Shown here in pieces: positions 41,350 to 52,385 of a stretch of 64,000 bases of DNA. The notes beneath the pieces were generated by a model. The model did no database searches, had not been told where the DNA came from, and saw only the letters and a list, made by a program, of their open reading frames with translations. The first letter of the stretch is position 1. Each line of letters starts with the position of its first letter. The DNA lies in NCBI GenBank assembly GCA_963697895.1, contig OY969100.1, forward strand, positions 1,248,001 through 1,312,000, read 5' to 3'. Source of the DNA: an uncultured Methanomicrobiales archaeon. Its GTDB lineage: Archaea > Halobacteriota > Methanomicrobia > Methanomicrobiales > Methanospirillaceae. Position numbers and translations under genes: made by a program.

Positions 41350-42981
41350 ATGAATTTCCTTGAATTTTCCCGGATCTGCCAGCAGCTGGAGGGAATATCA
41401 GGCCGCCTGGAGATGATCGATCTGATCAGCCAGGTCCTGCCCGGGCTTTCCGAGGATGAACTCCCGATATTTGTCCGGTTTGTCATGGGACGTATCTTTC
41501 CTGACTGGAGCCCGCTGAACCTCGGAATCGGCCCGAACCTCCTCTACGAAGGGATTGCCTACGTTGCGGGAAAAAGGAAAGAGGAAGTGGTCACCGCGAT
41601 AAACCGCACAGGCGACGTCGGGGCAGCGGTGGAGGAACTCCTTGGCAGCAAGGAGCAGACATCGTTCTTCTCTGAAGATCTTACCCTAATTGATGTCTAT
41701 CGGGAATTTGAGGCGATCGCAGAGACCGGGGGGAAAAAATCGCAAAGAGAGAAGGTCCTCCTGGTCCGGAAACTCTTCTCGAATGCCGGGCCACTCGAGG
41801 GGAGGTATCTCTCCCGGATAATGATAGGGGATCTCCGGATCGGGGTCGGGGAGGGCAATGTCCGCGATGCGATCGTTAAGGCGTTCGCGGTAGACCCCTC
41901 TCTGGTCCAGCATGCATTCCAGGCTATGAACGACCTCGGTGAAGTCGCCCGGATCGCACGGAAAGGAACTTTTGCCCTCGCGGAGGTGGAGATCCGGCCG
42001 TTCCATCCGGTGAAGATGATGCTTGCCCAGCAGGGAACGATCGAGGGTGCGATCCAGGATAACGGGGAGGTTGCCGCGGAGTTCAAGTACGACGGGAGCC
42101 GGTTCCAGTTCCATCGGGTCGGGGGACGCATAGCACTCTATAGTCGCAAGCTCGAAGATGTCACCCACGCTCTCCCGGATATCATCGAGCAGCTCCTGGC
42201 GGCGACCACGCATGACGTGATCCTGGACGGGGAGGCCCTTGCCACCAAGGACGGTCGTCCGATGCCGTTCCAGCAGGTGCTTCGTCGTTTCCGGCGGAAA
42301 TACGGAGTGGATGAGATGAGAGAAGAGATCCGGCTCGTTCCGCATGTCTTCGATATCCTCTATCTGGACGGTAAAACACTGATCGATATGCCCCTTTCAG
42401 AACGGCGAAAATTCCTCGAGGGAGCGGTATCGGAACATGTGGCACCCCAGACGGTCAGCGCCGACCCTGCAGAGATCGATCGGCTCTACCAGGAGGCGCT
42501 TGATGCCGGTCATGAAGGACTGATGCTGAAGGTACCGTCTTCCCCCTATACTCCCGGGGTCCGGGGAAAGAACTGGATCAAGATAAAACCCGAGGTGGAC
42601 ACCCTCGACCTGGCCGTCATCGGGGCCGACTGGGGGGAGGGAAAAAGGGCACATTATTTTGGTTCGTTCCTCCTCGCATGCCAGGACCGGGGCGAGCTCG
42701 TGCCGCTCTCCAAGGTGGCAACGGGGTTCTCCGACGAGCAACTCGCCGAGATTTATGATCTGCTCAAAGATCATGTGATCGCAGAATCAGGAAAAGAGGT
42801 GAAATTTGAGCCGTTCATGGTCGTTGAAGTCGGGTATTCGGAGCTCCAGAAGAGCCCGAACTACCCTGCCGGGTTTGCCCTCCGGTTTCCCCGCTTCATC
42901 CGGATCCGGGATGATAAGGGGATCGACGAGATCGAGACCCTTGAGAGCATCCAGGAGCGGTACCGGAGGCAGTCCAAATAA
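41350..42981 (+). CDS. lig: ATP-dependent DNA ligase
   Basis: [10 protein letters not shown] (motif I), LDGEA, FDILY, EGLMLK, WIKIK and [13 protein letters not shown] motifs. Confidence 0.97.
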   Translation: MNFLEFSRICQQLEGISGRLEMIDLISQVLPGLSEDELPIFVRFVMGRIFPDWSPLNLGIGPNLLYEGIAYVAGKRKEEVVTAINRTGDVGAAVEELLGSKEQTSFFSEDLTLIDVYREFEAIAETGGKKSQREKVLLVRKLFSNAGPLEGRYLSRIMIGDLRIGVGEGNVRDAIVKAFAVDPSLVQHAFQAMNDLGEVARIARKGTFALAEVEIRPFHPVKMMLAQQGTIEGAIQDNGEVAAEFKYDGSRFQFHRVGGRIALYSRKLEDVTHALPDIIEQLLAATTHDVILDGEALATKDGRPMPFQQVLRRFRRKYGVDEMREEIRLVPHVFDILYLDGKTLIDMPLSERRKFLEGAVSEHVAPQTVSADPAEIDRLYQEALDAGHEGLMLKVPSSPYTPGVRGKNWIKIKPEVDTLDLAVIGADWGEGKRAHYFGSFLLACQDRGELVPLSKVATGFSDEQLAEIYDLLKDHVIAESGKEVKFEPFMVVEVGYSELQKSPNYPAGFALRFPRFIRIRDDKGIDEIETLESIQERYRRQSK

Positions 42982-43137
42982 CTACTCATATCTCTTCGCC
43001 CGGAGGATGCGATCCGGACCTCCCTGAGATCGTCTTCCCTGATTTCGAGTGAACTGTCCGAAGAGTACTCCATCCCGGCAGGAAACCCATTTTATAGAGA
43101 GAAATCCTTGCAGACACTATTCCTTTCCGGTGCCATT

Positions 43138-44169
43138 CTACTCCCGTGTATCGGTGATGACTCTCACCCTGTCTCCGAGGACGGTGAGCAAATCCTCCAC
43201 GAACTCATCCCATTGTACCGGCCGATCATCTATCCGGTGGGCAATCTCTGCCCCGATGTCGTCATCGCGCTCGTTCAGGACCTGCACGACAACTGACCCT
43301 GGTGCATAGGCCGGCTCCAGGATATGGTCGGCATCGCCGTCAACGATCCCGAAGACCGGGATTCCCCGGTGTGCGGTGATATGTCCGGAGACCGCTGTTG
43401 TATCGTCCCCGACGCTGACAATGCCGCAGACTCCTTCATCCATCCTCAGGTAGAGTTCATGACCACAGTGATCGATCAGGAGAACCCTGCCATTCCGTCT
43501 GATCCGGTCATTGAAGACGGGGGCCCGCATACGGATCATTCCGCTCTTGCACCAGGCACGGGCCAGATCACAGGACCCTGCACGCGACACCTTTTCGAGA
43601 CCGTGGGGTTTTGGGATAAGTCCGTGTACCGGAATCAGTGAACCGTTATGCGAACTCAGGCCGACTTCCGTGCCTGTGGCCCATCCGATCACGAGCCCGT
43701 TCACAAATACGGGTTCACCCGGGAGACACCCCCTTATGATACGTTCCGATGAACAGGACGCCGCGGGTGCCGAAACTGCCTCCATGGGAAAGCCGGTCAG
43801 GTTCGAGAGCTCTTCCGAAAGCGCCGGATCTCCACCGTTCCAGCGGTAGATAATCCGGCTTGCACACTCAACGTGGACAAGGCCCCGGTCCCCGAGCCTT
43901 CCGGCAATGATCCCGCCGAATATCCTGCCAGACTCACCCGTCTTCGCATGGTTTGCGAGGAAGACATTTCCTTCTAGTTCTCGGATCACAATACTGGGAG
44001 GTTTATCACCAAATTCGCAGGGGATCCCTGATTCCTCTGCGGCGGTTTGCGCCATCACCCCGGCAACGACAATCCGCCCGGGGTTGACTTCCGCCTGGAG
44101 GCGGCAGACATCTCCCCGATCAAAGACATCGGGGCCATGAACGACCATGACAGTCCCGGTTTTCATCAA
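43138..44169 (-). CDS. DUF2117-like methanogen conserved protein
   Basis: VVHGP..FD, GVMAQTAAEES, NHAKT, GEPVFVNG, KPHG and VGDDTT...DGDAD pattern. Confidence 0.7.
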   Translation of the reverse strand: MMKTGTVMVVHGPDVFDRGDVCRLQAEVNPGRIVVAGVMAQTAAEESGIPCEFGDKPPSIVIRELEGNVFLANHAKTGESGRIFGGIIAGRLGDRGLVHVECASRIIYRWNGGDPALSEELSNLTGFPMEAVSAPAASCSSERIIRGCLPGEPVFVNGLVIGWATGTEVGLSSHNGSLIPVHGLIPKPHGLEKVSRAGSCDLARAWCKSGMIRMRAPVFNDRIRRNGRVLLIDHCGHELYLRMDEGVCGIVSVGDDTTAVSGHITAHRGIPVFGIVDGDADHILEPAYAPGSVVVQVLNERDDDIGAEIAHRIDDRPVQWDEFVEDLLTVLGDRVRVITDTRE

Positions 44170-44277
44170 TCTCCTCCAATCGCAGTTATTCCTCCAGCAT
44201 CGCTCGTACGCCTCTCTTTACTAGTAGAAGTACCTGTGTCCGGGTCCCCACTGTTCTTGCTGAACGGACAGTCCAGG

Positions 44278-45636
44278 TCAGGATCGGTTGTAATCATCAC
44301 TGAAACGGACGATATCGTCTTCCTCCAGGTACTCCCCGATCTGCACTTCGATCACCTCAAGCGGGATCTTCCCTGAATTTCCGAGCCGGTGCTGCATTCC
44401 TGCAGGTACAAAGGTGCTCTCGCCCTGCCGGAGCCGGAGTGCCCGGTCTTCAAGAATTACGTCCGCCGTTCCCGATACCACGATCCAGTGTTCGCTCCGG
44501 TGATGGTGCATCTGGAGGGAGAGCTTTTTACCCGGTTTGACCGTCACCCGCTTGATACGGAAGAAACCCGATCGTTCCAGTTCCGTGTAGGAACCCCAGG
44601 GGCGGTGCACCTGCCGGTGGAAGTCGGCGATCGGATCACCGCTTTCGCGGAACTTCTTCACGAGCTCGTTCACCCGCTCCGCATCCCGCATATCCGCAAT
44701 AAGAAGAGCATCCCCCGTGTCAACGACGACGGTGTCATGAATACCGATGAGGGCGGCCTGTTTCCCCGGAGCACAGACGAAGTTCCCCCGGGAATCAACG
44801 TACTCCGCTTTGCCGACATTCGCTCCCTCCTCACCCGCATGGAAGTCGTACCATGCCCGGAATGTACCGAGATCGGTCCATCGGGCATGGAGCGGCACGA
44901 CCGCAACTCGTGAAGAATATTCGAGGAGACCGTAATCGACGGAGACAGAGGGGAGCGCAGGAAAATCGAGCGTATCATCCGAGCAGAACCTCCGGTATAA
45001 CTCCGGCTGGTACTGTTTGAGCTCAGTGAAGAAGATCCCGGTCGAGAAGAGAAAAATCCCGCTGTTCCAGAGATATCCGGCATCCACATACTTCGCAGCG
45101 GTCTCGCGGTCTGGTTTTTCCCGGAATTCCCTGACCAGAAACCCCGGTAATACGGGCTCACCCGGGGCGATATAGCCGTAACCGGTCTCGGGCGAAACCG
45201 GGGAAACCCCGAACGTGATCAGATACCGGTCAGCGAGCACTGCAGCTTCCTCTATCGTAGGGAGTGCGGATGCATCGAGTTCGTGATCGCTCGGGAAGAT
45301 GGCGATCGTACTTTCGCCAAAGAGTTCCCGGATCTCCCGCATCGCCCAGGTGATCGCAGGGAGGGTATTCCTGCCGACCGGCTCCCGGAGTATCATACGG
45401 TCTTCTATCCGGGTTCCCAGTTCCTCCACCTGGTTTTTCACCAGGTACTGGTGCACCTCGTTGGTCACCACAAGTATGCTGTCGGGAGGAGAGATCCCCA
45501 GCGCACGCCGGTATGTTGCCTGGAAGAGAGATTCCCTGTTGATTTTGAGAAACTGTTTCGGGTAGTGCGTCCGGGAAAGAGGCCAGAGCCGGGTACCGGT
45601 GCCGCCCGCCAGGATGACCGATCGGATTGTTTTCAT
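44278..45636 (-). CDS. manC: Mannose-1-phosphate guanylyltransferase / mannose-6-phosphate isomerase
   Basis: LAGGTGTRLWPLSR..YPKQF, EPVGRNT, FREKP and WNSG. Cupin domain RPWGSY...SLQMHHHRSEHW. Confidence 0.95.
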   Translation of the reverse strand: MKTIRSVILAGGTGTRLWPLSRTHYPKQFLKINRESLFQATYRRALGISPPDSILVVTNEVHQYLVKNQVEELGTRIEDRMILREPVGRNTLPAITWAMREIRELFGESTIAIFPSDHELDASALPTIEEAAVLADRYLITFGVSPVSPETGYGYIAPGEPVLPGFLVREFREKPDRETAAKYVDAGYLWNSGIFLFSTGIFFTELKQYQPELYRRFCSDDTLDFPALPSVSVDYGLLEYSSRVAVVPLHARWTDLGTFRAWYDFHAGEEGANVGKAEYVDSRGNFVCAPGKQAALIGIHDTVVVDTGDALLIADMRDAERVNELVKKFRESGDPIADFHRQVHRPWGSYTELERSGFFRIKRVTVKPGKKLSLQMHHHRSEHWIVVSGTADVILEDRALRLRQGESTFVPAGMQHRLGNSGKIPLEVIEVQIGEYLEEDDIVRFSDDYNRS

Positions 45637-45810
45637 TCACGCTCTGTATGCGTTATGGGACCTCGTTCGTCTTATCCATTGCTCTCACAACAAGCGCGAT
45701 AATTACCGGCATAGGATTCGTCACGAATTCCAAACCACTGTACGGAATGTTTTTATTCGTGATCGCTATTTATTGTTGAGCGGGAAGCAAAGGGGAATGG
45801 AGTTCATGCA

Positions 45811-46503
45811 ATGGGTTTGATCAGCGAGGAACCGCGGTACCGGGACAGGATCAGGGTATTTTCAGATCGGTACGAAGCCGGGAAACAGCTTGCCCTCTCG
45901 ATTTCGCGGCTGCAGTTCGCGGATGCGGTTGTCTGGGCGATCCCTGCCGGCGGAGTACCCATCGGGGTCGAACTTGCCCTCAGGCTCCGGGTACCCCTGA
46001 TGCTTGCGGTGGTGAGAAAGGTACAAATCCCCTGGAATACCGAGGCGGGATTCGGAGCGGTGACCTGGGACGAACGGGTCCATCTCAACGACCGTCTCCT
46101 GTCGGGACTCGGGTTATCGCCTGTAGAGATCGAAACCGCGATCGAAAGGGCAAAACGCAGTGTGAAGGAGCGGCTCACCCTTTTCGGAGCGGGTAAGTCG
46201 TTCCCTGATCTTACGGGGAAGTGCGCGATACTCGTAGACGACGGGCTTGCGTCGGGATATACCATGCTTGCTGCTGTGGATGGTGTAAAAGCCCTCTTTC
46301 CAACTGAAGTTATGGTGGCCGTGCCGACCGGATCGGCCGATGCAGTAAAAAGGGTTGCAGAGGTTGCGGATAGGGTAATTTGTCTCAATATCAGGACCAG
46401 TTACCGGTTTGCTGTTGCCGAAGCGTACGAAGAGTGGCATGATCTCTCCGATGCAGAGGTGCTCGTACAGCTTGGTCGTGTCCGGGACGCCGGCCTGTAC
46501 TGA
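45811..46503 (+). CDS. Phosphoribosyltransferase-domain protein
   Basis: FSDRYEAG, IPAGGVP, VRKV, ILVDDGLASGYT and AVPTG motifs. Confidence 0.87.
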   Translation: MGLISEEPRYRDRIRVFSDRYEAGKQLALSISRLQFADAVVWAIPAGGVPIGVELALRLRVPLMLAVVRKVQIPWNTEAGFGAVTWDERVHLNDRLLSGLGLSPVEIETAIERAKRSVKERLTLFGAGKSFPDLTGKCAILVDDGLASGYTMLAAVDGVKALFPTEVMVAVPTGSADAVKRVAEVADRVICLNIRTSYRFAVAEAYEEWHDLSDAEVLVQLGRVRDAGLY

Positions 46504-46604
46504 ACCCTGAAGAGAGGGAAGACGGTTTCGCACCAGAACTTCACATATTCTTTCATTGCACTAAAATAACAAGATATTGAGCCCGGTTTATAAGTCTGCA
46601 CATT

Positions 46605-47138
46605 TTATGAAAAAACGTGCTGGATCCTGTCCATGATAGTTGCAGCAGTCGTTGAGCGGTTCCTGAGCGTTACTTCGAACAGAATGACATCCGGGCGTTC
46701 TTTTATGGATTCGATGAATTCATCCCCTTTCCGGGCGATCGTGGCAATGCACACGATTTCAGAATCCAGGATCCAGATGATCTCCTGCCGGAACAGGGCT
46801 GACAGGCACTCCATCTTTCCGATTTCATCGATGATGATGAGCCGGTTTCCCGGATCACGGAGGCGCCGGTTCCCGAAAAAGGCCTCGAAAGCCCCGAGAT
46901 CGACCGCATATTTTCCCACCCGGTACGGGCTCCGCACGGAGATGTGCGAGAGCACCCGTCGTTCCCCATCCAGGCCGACCAGCGCAAAGCCGACCCGCGG
47001 ACCTGTTTCCCGTATCTCCTCGGTGAAAAATCCCACCGGCCGGAGCGACTCCAGCTCGCCGGCGAGGTGACGGATGATCGTCGTTTTGCCGACCCCCGGC
47101 ACTCCGGTAATAAGGATATTCTTCTGCTTTGTCTCCAT
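46605..47138 (-). CDS. Nucleoside-triphosphatase (THEP1/NTPase_1)
   Basis: ITGVPGVGKTT, GFFTEEIR, RVGKY and IIDEIGKME motifs. Confidence 0.92.
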   Translation of the reverse strand: METKQKNILITGVPGVGKTTIIRHLAGELESLRPVGFFTEEIRETGPRVGFALVGLDGERRVLSHISVRSPYRVGKYAVDLGAFEAFFGNRRLRDPGNRLIIIDEIGKMECLSALFRQEIIWILDSEIVCIATIARKGDEFIESIKERPDVILFEVTLRNRSTTAATIMDRIQHVFS

Positions 47139-47167
47139 ATGTGTGCGGTCCTTTCCCGGATCTCAAT

Positions 47168-47599
47168 TCATCTCATCATGATCTGTATTGCGGTAGGATA
47201 CGCTCGCATGATGGCATAGACGATCGGTTTTCCCACCCAGAGTTTCCCCCCTTCCATATTCCGGAGCGGTGAAATCTCCGCGAGCTCCTGGAGGGCGAAG
47301 ACCGCATACTCATCGTTCAGGAAACAACTGTCACTGACCGTCGAATCAAAGAAGAAGAGGATCGGGAGTTTGAGACGGGAGTGCAGTTTTTTTGGGAGCT
47401 CTCTCCCGAGCAACCGGATTATATCCCGGGAAAAACGGTACTCCTTTCCTCCCTTCGTCATCGCATGAGGATCTTCCTCCTCGAGGAGGCGGGCAAGCGT
47501 CTTTCGCTCCGTAACGATCCCGTCATTGATCTTCCCCATCTCGAGCTGCATCCACCTCATGAGAACGGTTTCGTCGCTGATGGAAGGACGGCCGGGCAT
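47168..47599 (-). CDS. DUF61-like archaeal protein
   Basis: IN......RKTL..LL.EEDP...TKGG...F...LKLPI pattern. Confidence 0.7.
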   Translation of the reverse strand: MPGRPSISDETVLMRWMQLEMGKINDGIVTERKTLARLLEEEDPHAMTKGGKEYRFSRDIIRLLGRELPKKLHSRLKLPILFFFDSTVSDSCFLNDEYAVFALQELAEISPLRNMEGGKLWVGKPIVYAIMRAYPTAIQIMMR

Positions 47600-47793
47600 C
47601 TGGATCACCATCACAGAATGGGATCGGTTCCCATAAATCTTTGGCATTCCGGCAAGGATCCACCCGGACGTACAATGATTGTATAACGGTTTATTCTGTT
47701 GTCATAAAGTTTCAGCGTCGTTCTCATTCCCGTTGGATTGACCCGTTGAGTCGTTCCATATCTTGATAATGCCGGAACAACGAGAGAAGAGTA

Positions 47794-49452
47794 ATGATCA
47801 CTGCTCTCTTTGTCGATCCGGATTCCCCGATAGAACAGAGGATTATTCGGAGGGTGGAAGATCAGGGAGACATCGGCGTTGTACCGGTAAACGCAATTAC
47901 CGATGCACGGGAACGTCTGCGCCGGGAAGAATATAGTGTTCTGGTCTGGTTTGGCCGGGCAGGCGACACGCGGGGGATCGAATTCATCAAAGAACTGCAA
48001 TCCATCCCCATCCGGATACCCTCTGTCCTGATCACGGATCGGATGGTTAACGCAATCGCATCCATCGCTTTGAATGCAGGTCTGTCCTGTTATCTCTGGG
48101 ATAGTTCTGCAGAACACTTTCCCGATCTCCTTGCATCAGTCATCAGAAATCAGGTCCTCCAGTGGCAGATCACCGAGAGGCTGCGGAAGGACAATGCCCT
48201 GATGCGGGTACTCCATGATGCATCTCCGCTCGCTACCTGTGTCGTGAAGGATCATCGCATCATATGGATGAACGAACTGATGCCCCGGATACTTGGGTAT
48301 CAGGAATGTGACCTGATCGGGATCGATCCGCTCCGGCTTATCCCCGATGAGGCGGAGCACCGCCGCATAGATGAAGCGTTATATGAGGGGCCAAAGGAAG
48401 GGGAATGGCGATCTGTTGAGTGCCATCTCAAGCGGCAGGATAATTCCCTGTTGCACGTTCATATCCTGGCGAAACTTCTGGATCCCGACGACCCATCCGG
48501 TGGCTTCATGATAATCGGCCAGGATATCACCGCGTTCACCCGGATGAAAGACCTGCTCAGGCAGAGCGAGGTGAGATATCAGCATCTGATGGACAGCGCA
48601 AACAGCATTGTTCTCCGGATTGATACCGGGGGATTCATACGGTTTGTGAACAGGTTCGGCGAGGAGTTCTTCGGGTTTCCCGCAGGCGAACTGATCGGCA
48701 AACACGTCGTCGGGACGATTATTCCCCGGAAATCGCGGAGTGGCCGGGATCTTTCGGCCATGATACGGGATGTGATGAACAACCCTGCAGAATATGAGGT
48801 AAACGTCAATGAAAATATGAAGAGGGACGGGGAACGGGTCTGGATTGCGTGGACAAACAAGGCCATACGGGACGAACAGGGGAAGATCCTGGAGATGCTC
48901 GCCATAGGGACCGATATCACCGACCGGCAACTGGATGTAGCCGATATCCAGATCTCAACCGCCCCGTGGACAAAAAAAGTCATCGCGGATACCGATATCG
49001 ACGAGCCGGTCTTTTCTGCAGTGTATTCTCTGTCTCTCGAGATATCCAAGGAAGGACGGGAAGGAAAACACATCGGGACGACATTTCTTCTCGGGGACGC
49101 GAAGAATGTGCTGGCGAAATCGACCCAGCTGATCCTGAACCCGTTCGAAGGGCACCCGGCCGCATCGAAGATGATAACAAACCCGGAGATCCGGGAAACG
49201 CTGAAGGAATTATCCCCGATAGACGGTGCTTTTGTCATATGCGGGGATGGAGTGGTCGAGGCGGCCGGGAGGTACATCACGATAGATACAAGCAGGGCGA
49301 CCATCCCGCGGGGGCTCGGTACCCGCCATGCATCCGTCGCAGGGATCACGCAGGAAACGAAAGCGATCGGGATCGTTGTTTCTCAGAGCGGTGGCCGGAT
49401 ATCCATTTTCAAGGACGGGCGGATATTCCGGGTGATACGCGTCAACGAATGA
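47794..49452 (+). CDS. Sensor diadenylate cyclase (REC-like, PAS, PAS, DAC/DisA_N)
   Basis: PAS motifs (WMN....ILGY...LIG; FVN...EEFFGF...ELIGK...KRDGERVWI...GTDITDR). DAC domain EGREGKHIGT, NPFEGH, ELSPIDGAFVI, GLGTRHAS and VVSQSGG. Confidence 0.87.
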   Translation: MITALFVDPDSPIEQRIIRRVEDQGDIGVVPVNAITDARERLRREEYSVLVWFGRAGDTRGIEFIKELQSIPIRIPSVLITDRMVNAIASIALNAGLSCYLWDSSAEHFPDLLASVIRNQVLQWQITERLRKDNALMRVLHDASPLATCVVKDHRIIWMNELMPRILGYQECDLIGIDPLRLIPDEAEHRRIDEALYEGPKEGEWRSVECHLKRQDNSLLHVHILAKLLDPDDPSGGFMIIGQDITAFTRMKDLLRQSEVRYQHLMDSANSIVLRIDTGGFIRFVNRFGEEFFGFPAGELIGKHVVGTIIPRKSRSGRDLSAMIRDVMNNPAEYEVNVNENMKRDGERVWIAWTNKAIRDEQGKILEMLAIGTDITDRQLDVADIQISTAPWTKKVIADTDIDEPVFSAVYSLSLEISKEGREGKHIGTTFLLGDAKNVLAKSTQLILNPFEGHPAASKMITNPEIRETLKELSPIDGAFVICGDGVVEAAGRYITIDTSRATIPRGLGTRHASVAGITQETKAIGIVVSQSGGRISIFKDGRIFRVIRVNE

Positions 49453-49558
49453 GTGCTCATAGGGAATCTGCTCTCTGCATCCGGATAACGATTCCCGGAT
49501 TTACGGGCATCGGCAAGATTCCGTGAATTCATTCAATGGGGGAAAAGGTAAAGGAGAT

Positions 49559-50350
49559 TTAAGATTGATCCCGTTTCGAATGGTCCGGGAACGCGATCCC
49601 AGGCCTCAATACAACAAATGAGTCCGGCAGATTTTCCACCATCCGCCTGGCGATCTCAATCGGGATCCCCATTGCCATCGTATCCGGGGGAATGGATCCA
49701 TTCTGCGTCGGATCCTGGGGACCCACGAATGCCGTATTTTTCGGCGCATGTTCCGCCATACCTGCCGGATAAGTGATGTACGTCGCACACGACGGGCCCC
49801 AGGGGACGATGACCGGAGAGAATGGGTCATCCCGATCGAAATGCACGAGGGCCGCGAGGTTCCGGACCTGCTCTGCCGAGCCGAAACAACAGAGGGAACG
49901 TACCCCGGGGTCTTTCTCCGGAACCGCCTCGCAGGCCTGGACGACAAGGTATTTCCCCGGCGGCGTGATCTTTCCGACGGCCTTGAAGCTCTTCTCCACC
50001 ATCTCCGGGCTCGACTTCAGGTGCTCCGCCGCCCCTCCCCGGACATCCTTCTTCCCTGTGGAGACGAAATAATTGATATACCCGGGTTTTTCCATGAACC
50101 CCGTGTGGGAGAGCCCCCCGGGACAACACCCTTCGGATGCGTCTTTTCCGATGTAGATCGCCGGAATATCCCGCCTGATTGCCATCCGGTACAGAGAGAC
50201 GGCAAAACACCGATCCACCTCCGACAACCGGACTGCATCGCCGGGGATGCTATCCGACCCATATACCGCAAGTGGTCGTGCCCTGAACCGGAATGCTTCC
50301 GTGAGCCGCTCACCAATCTTCCGAATCGTTAATTGATCCATTTTTGTCAC
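49559..50350 (-). CDS. DUF169-like protein
   Basis: Cys-containing pattern (RCF; CCPGG..HTGF; PWGPSCA) and D-P motifs typical of DUF169. Confidence 0.65.
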   Translation of the reverse strand: MTKMDQLTIRKIGERLTEAFRFRARPLAVYGSDSIPGDAVRLSEVDRCFAVSLYRMAIRRDIPAIYIGKDASEGCCPGGLSHTGFMEKPGYINYFVSTGKKDVRGGAAEHLKSSPEMVEKSFKAVGKITPPGKYLVVQACEAVPEKDPGVRSLCCFGSAEQVRNLAALVHFDRDDPFSPVIVPWGPSCATYITYPAGMAEHAPKNTAFVGPQDPTQNGSIPPDTMAMGIPIEIARRMVENLPDSFVVLRPGIAFPDHSKRDQS

Positions 50351-50626
50351 ACCGGGGATTTGATCCCATCGAAGGGGTTGTCGTATTCTGTTCGCATAAA
50401 GGTACGTATACGAAACAGGTGGTACAGAAAGAAACCCCCGTACATTCGCGACCTTATTTGTGCGAAGAGGGCGCTATGGAAGGGTAATCCGGGTAATCAA
50501 TGTGAATAAAAATGGGGCCAATAACACGATCTAACGAGATCCCCCTTTATACCAGGCATGAAAGGGAGAGAATTTATTTCAAAATGTAATGTTTTTTTCA
50601 ATCCATAAATTACCCCTCTGAAAACA

Positions 50627-51829
50627 TTACCGGATTCTTTCCCCATGCTGGGAGAGATCCAGACCGACATATTCCTCTTCCTCGGTCACCCGCAGACCGA
50701 TGACCTTCCCCATGATAAGTGCAATCAGATAGGTGACCACAAACGCATAGATCATTACAGAGATCGCTCCTATCAGGTTTGCAGTGAACTGGTGTACATT
50801 CCCTTCAAGGAGACCGGAATAGCTGTTCACCGCCGTCGATGCAAATATTCCCGTGGCAATCATCCCCCATAATCCCCCAATACCATGCACTGCCCATGCG
50901 TCAAGGCTCTCATCCATTCCTGCCCGGAGCCTCCAGCTCATTGCGGCATAACACACGCCCCCCGCAACGACTCCTATCACCACGGCACTCAGCGGTGTGA
51001 CATATCCCGCTGCCGGAGTTATTGCGCCGAGACCCGCAATCGCGCCCGTGATCATCCCGAGCGAACTCGGCCTCCCCTTCCACCAGCTGATAACCAACCA
51101 TGCAAGGAGTCCGGCCGCGGCCGAAATGTTGGTGACAACGATCGCGTTCACCGCGAGATCATTGGCCGCCAGGGCGCTCCCGCCGTTGAAACCGAACCAG
51201 CCGAACCAGAGCAGTGCAGCCCCCAGCAGCGTCATCGGGATGTTGTGCGGTTCCATCGAGTACTCCCCGAATCCCGTCCGTTTCCCGATGACCAATGCGA
51301 GTGCCAGTGCCGCAAACCCTGCGTTTATATGAACGACCGCACCGCCGGCAAAATCGATCACCCCGAACTGCTGCGCCCAGCCGCCACCCCATATCCAGTG
51401 GGCCACCGGGTCATACACTATGGTTGTCCAGATCAGACAGAAGATAATGAACGCGCTGAGTTTTATCCGTTCAGCAAAGCCTGAGGAAACAATGGCTACC
51501 GTGACCGCAGCGAAGGTCATCTGGAACAGCATGAAGAGCAGGGGGGGGTACGCACCGGTTCCCGAGCTCATACTTACTCCCATCAGGCCAAGGAAATCAA
51601 GGTTCCCAGTAATAGAGGCGACATCACTCCCGAACGCAATGGTATACCCGAGGAACATCCACTGAATGGTCACCAGTGCAAAGGCAATGAAAGACAAGGT
51701 GACCATTGCGATAAAGTTCTTTTTCCGTACCAGTCCGCCGTAAAAAAATCCGACTCCGGGCGTCATCAGCATGACGAGCGCGGTCGCGGTGATGAGCCAT
51801 CCAATTGCTGCACTGCTTTCTGCAACCAA
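50627..51829 (-). CDS. amtB: Ammonium transporter
   Basis: [54 protein letters not shown] and GLDLSQHGE motifs. Confidence 0.96.
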   Translation of the reverse strand: MVAESSAAIGWLITATALVMLMTPGVGFFYGGLVRKKNFIAMVTLSFIAFALVTIQWMFLGYTIAFGSDVASITGNLDFLGLMGVSMSSGTGAYPPLLFMLFQMTFAAVTVAIVSSGFAERIKLSAFIIFCLIWTTIVYDPVAHWIWGGGWAQQFGVIDFAGGAVVHINAGFAALALALVIGKRTGFGEYSMEPHNIPMTLLGAALLWFGWFGFNGGSALAANDLAVNAIVVTNISAAAGLLAWLVISWWKGRPSSLGMITGAIAGLGAITPAAGYVTPLSAVVIGVVAGGVCYAAMSWRLRAGMDESLDAWAVHGIGGLWGMIATGIFASTAVNSYSGLLEGNVHQFTANLIGAISVMIYAFVVTYLIALIMGKVIGLRVTEEEEYVGLDLSQHGERIR

Positions 51830-51851
51830 TCAAATCCCCTCCATTATAGAA

Positions 51852-51876
51852 GGAAGTGATCTTCTTTTTCTTATAA
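51852..51876 (-). promoter_or_regulatory. amtB promoter: TATA box followed by an NrpR-like operator
   Basis: TTATAA at 51871-51876, then GGAA-gtgatc-TTCT at 51852-51865, one mismatch to the NrpR box GGAA-N6-TTCC. Confidence 0.6.
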
Positions 51877-51898
51877 GAATAGCGAATTGATCCGGAGG

Positions 51899-52204
51899 TT
51901 ATCGTGGTTCCCGGGAACAATTCAGGAAAAATTCAAAATCCTGTTCTGTGACCGTTATCTCGATAAGACAGGTCCCTCTGCATCTCCGGGTAAATGGAAG
52001 AAGCATCTTCCTTTTCTTCCGCCTGAAGCCCACGAGCATGGGTGATTCCAGCGAAATTAAGGTGTCTCTGAATACCACAGCGTCCGGAGGGATTTCATGA
52101 TATTCCGTGCAGGTTTTTCTTACGTACTCATTTACCCGCTCCGGAGTGACATCCTCCAATACGAATTTTCCCCCGAAGTTGTTGATACACCGGAGAACCA
52201 TCAT
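51899..52204 (-). CDS. DUF1894-like methanogen protein
   Basis: CI......LEDVT....EY....C.EY.EIPP...PFTRRCRGT pattern. Confidence 0.65.
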   Translation of the reverse strand: MMVLRCINNFGGKFVLEDVTPERVNEYVRKTCTEYHEIPPDAVVFRDTLISLESPMLVGFRRKKRKMLLPFTRRCRGTCLIEITVTEQDFEFFLNCSREPR

Positions 52205-52385
52205 CCTTCCCTCTCCCGCGAGGTAAAAATATTTTTCTTCGGTGCTGCCACCGTATACAACCGGGATCGGGAGAGGATTACCGATGAAATCTTCCCTGGA
52301 CAGGGGGTTTCGAACAGTTTCGGATCGAGGCCTTGGGGCGGAAGGGTCCTCGCACCCTAATCAAAAAATGTGACATATCGCGTTT

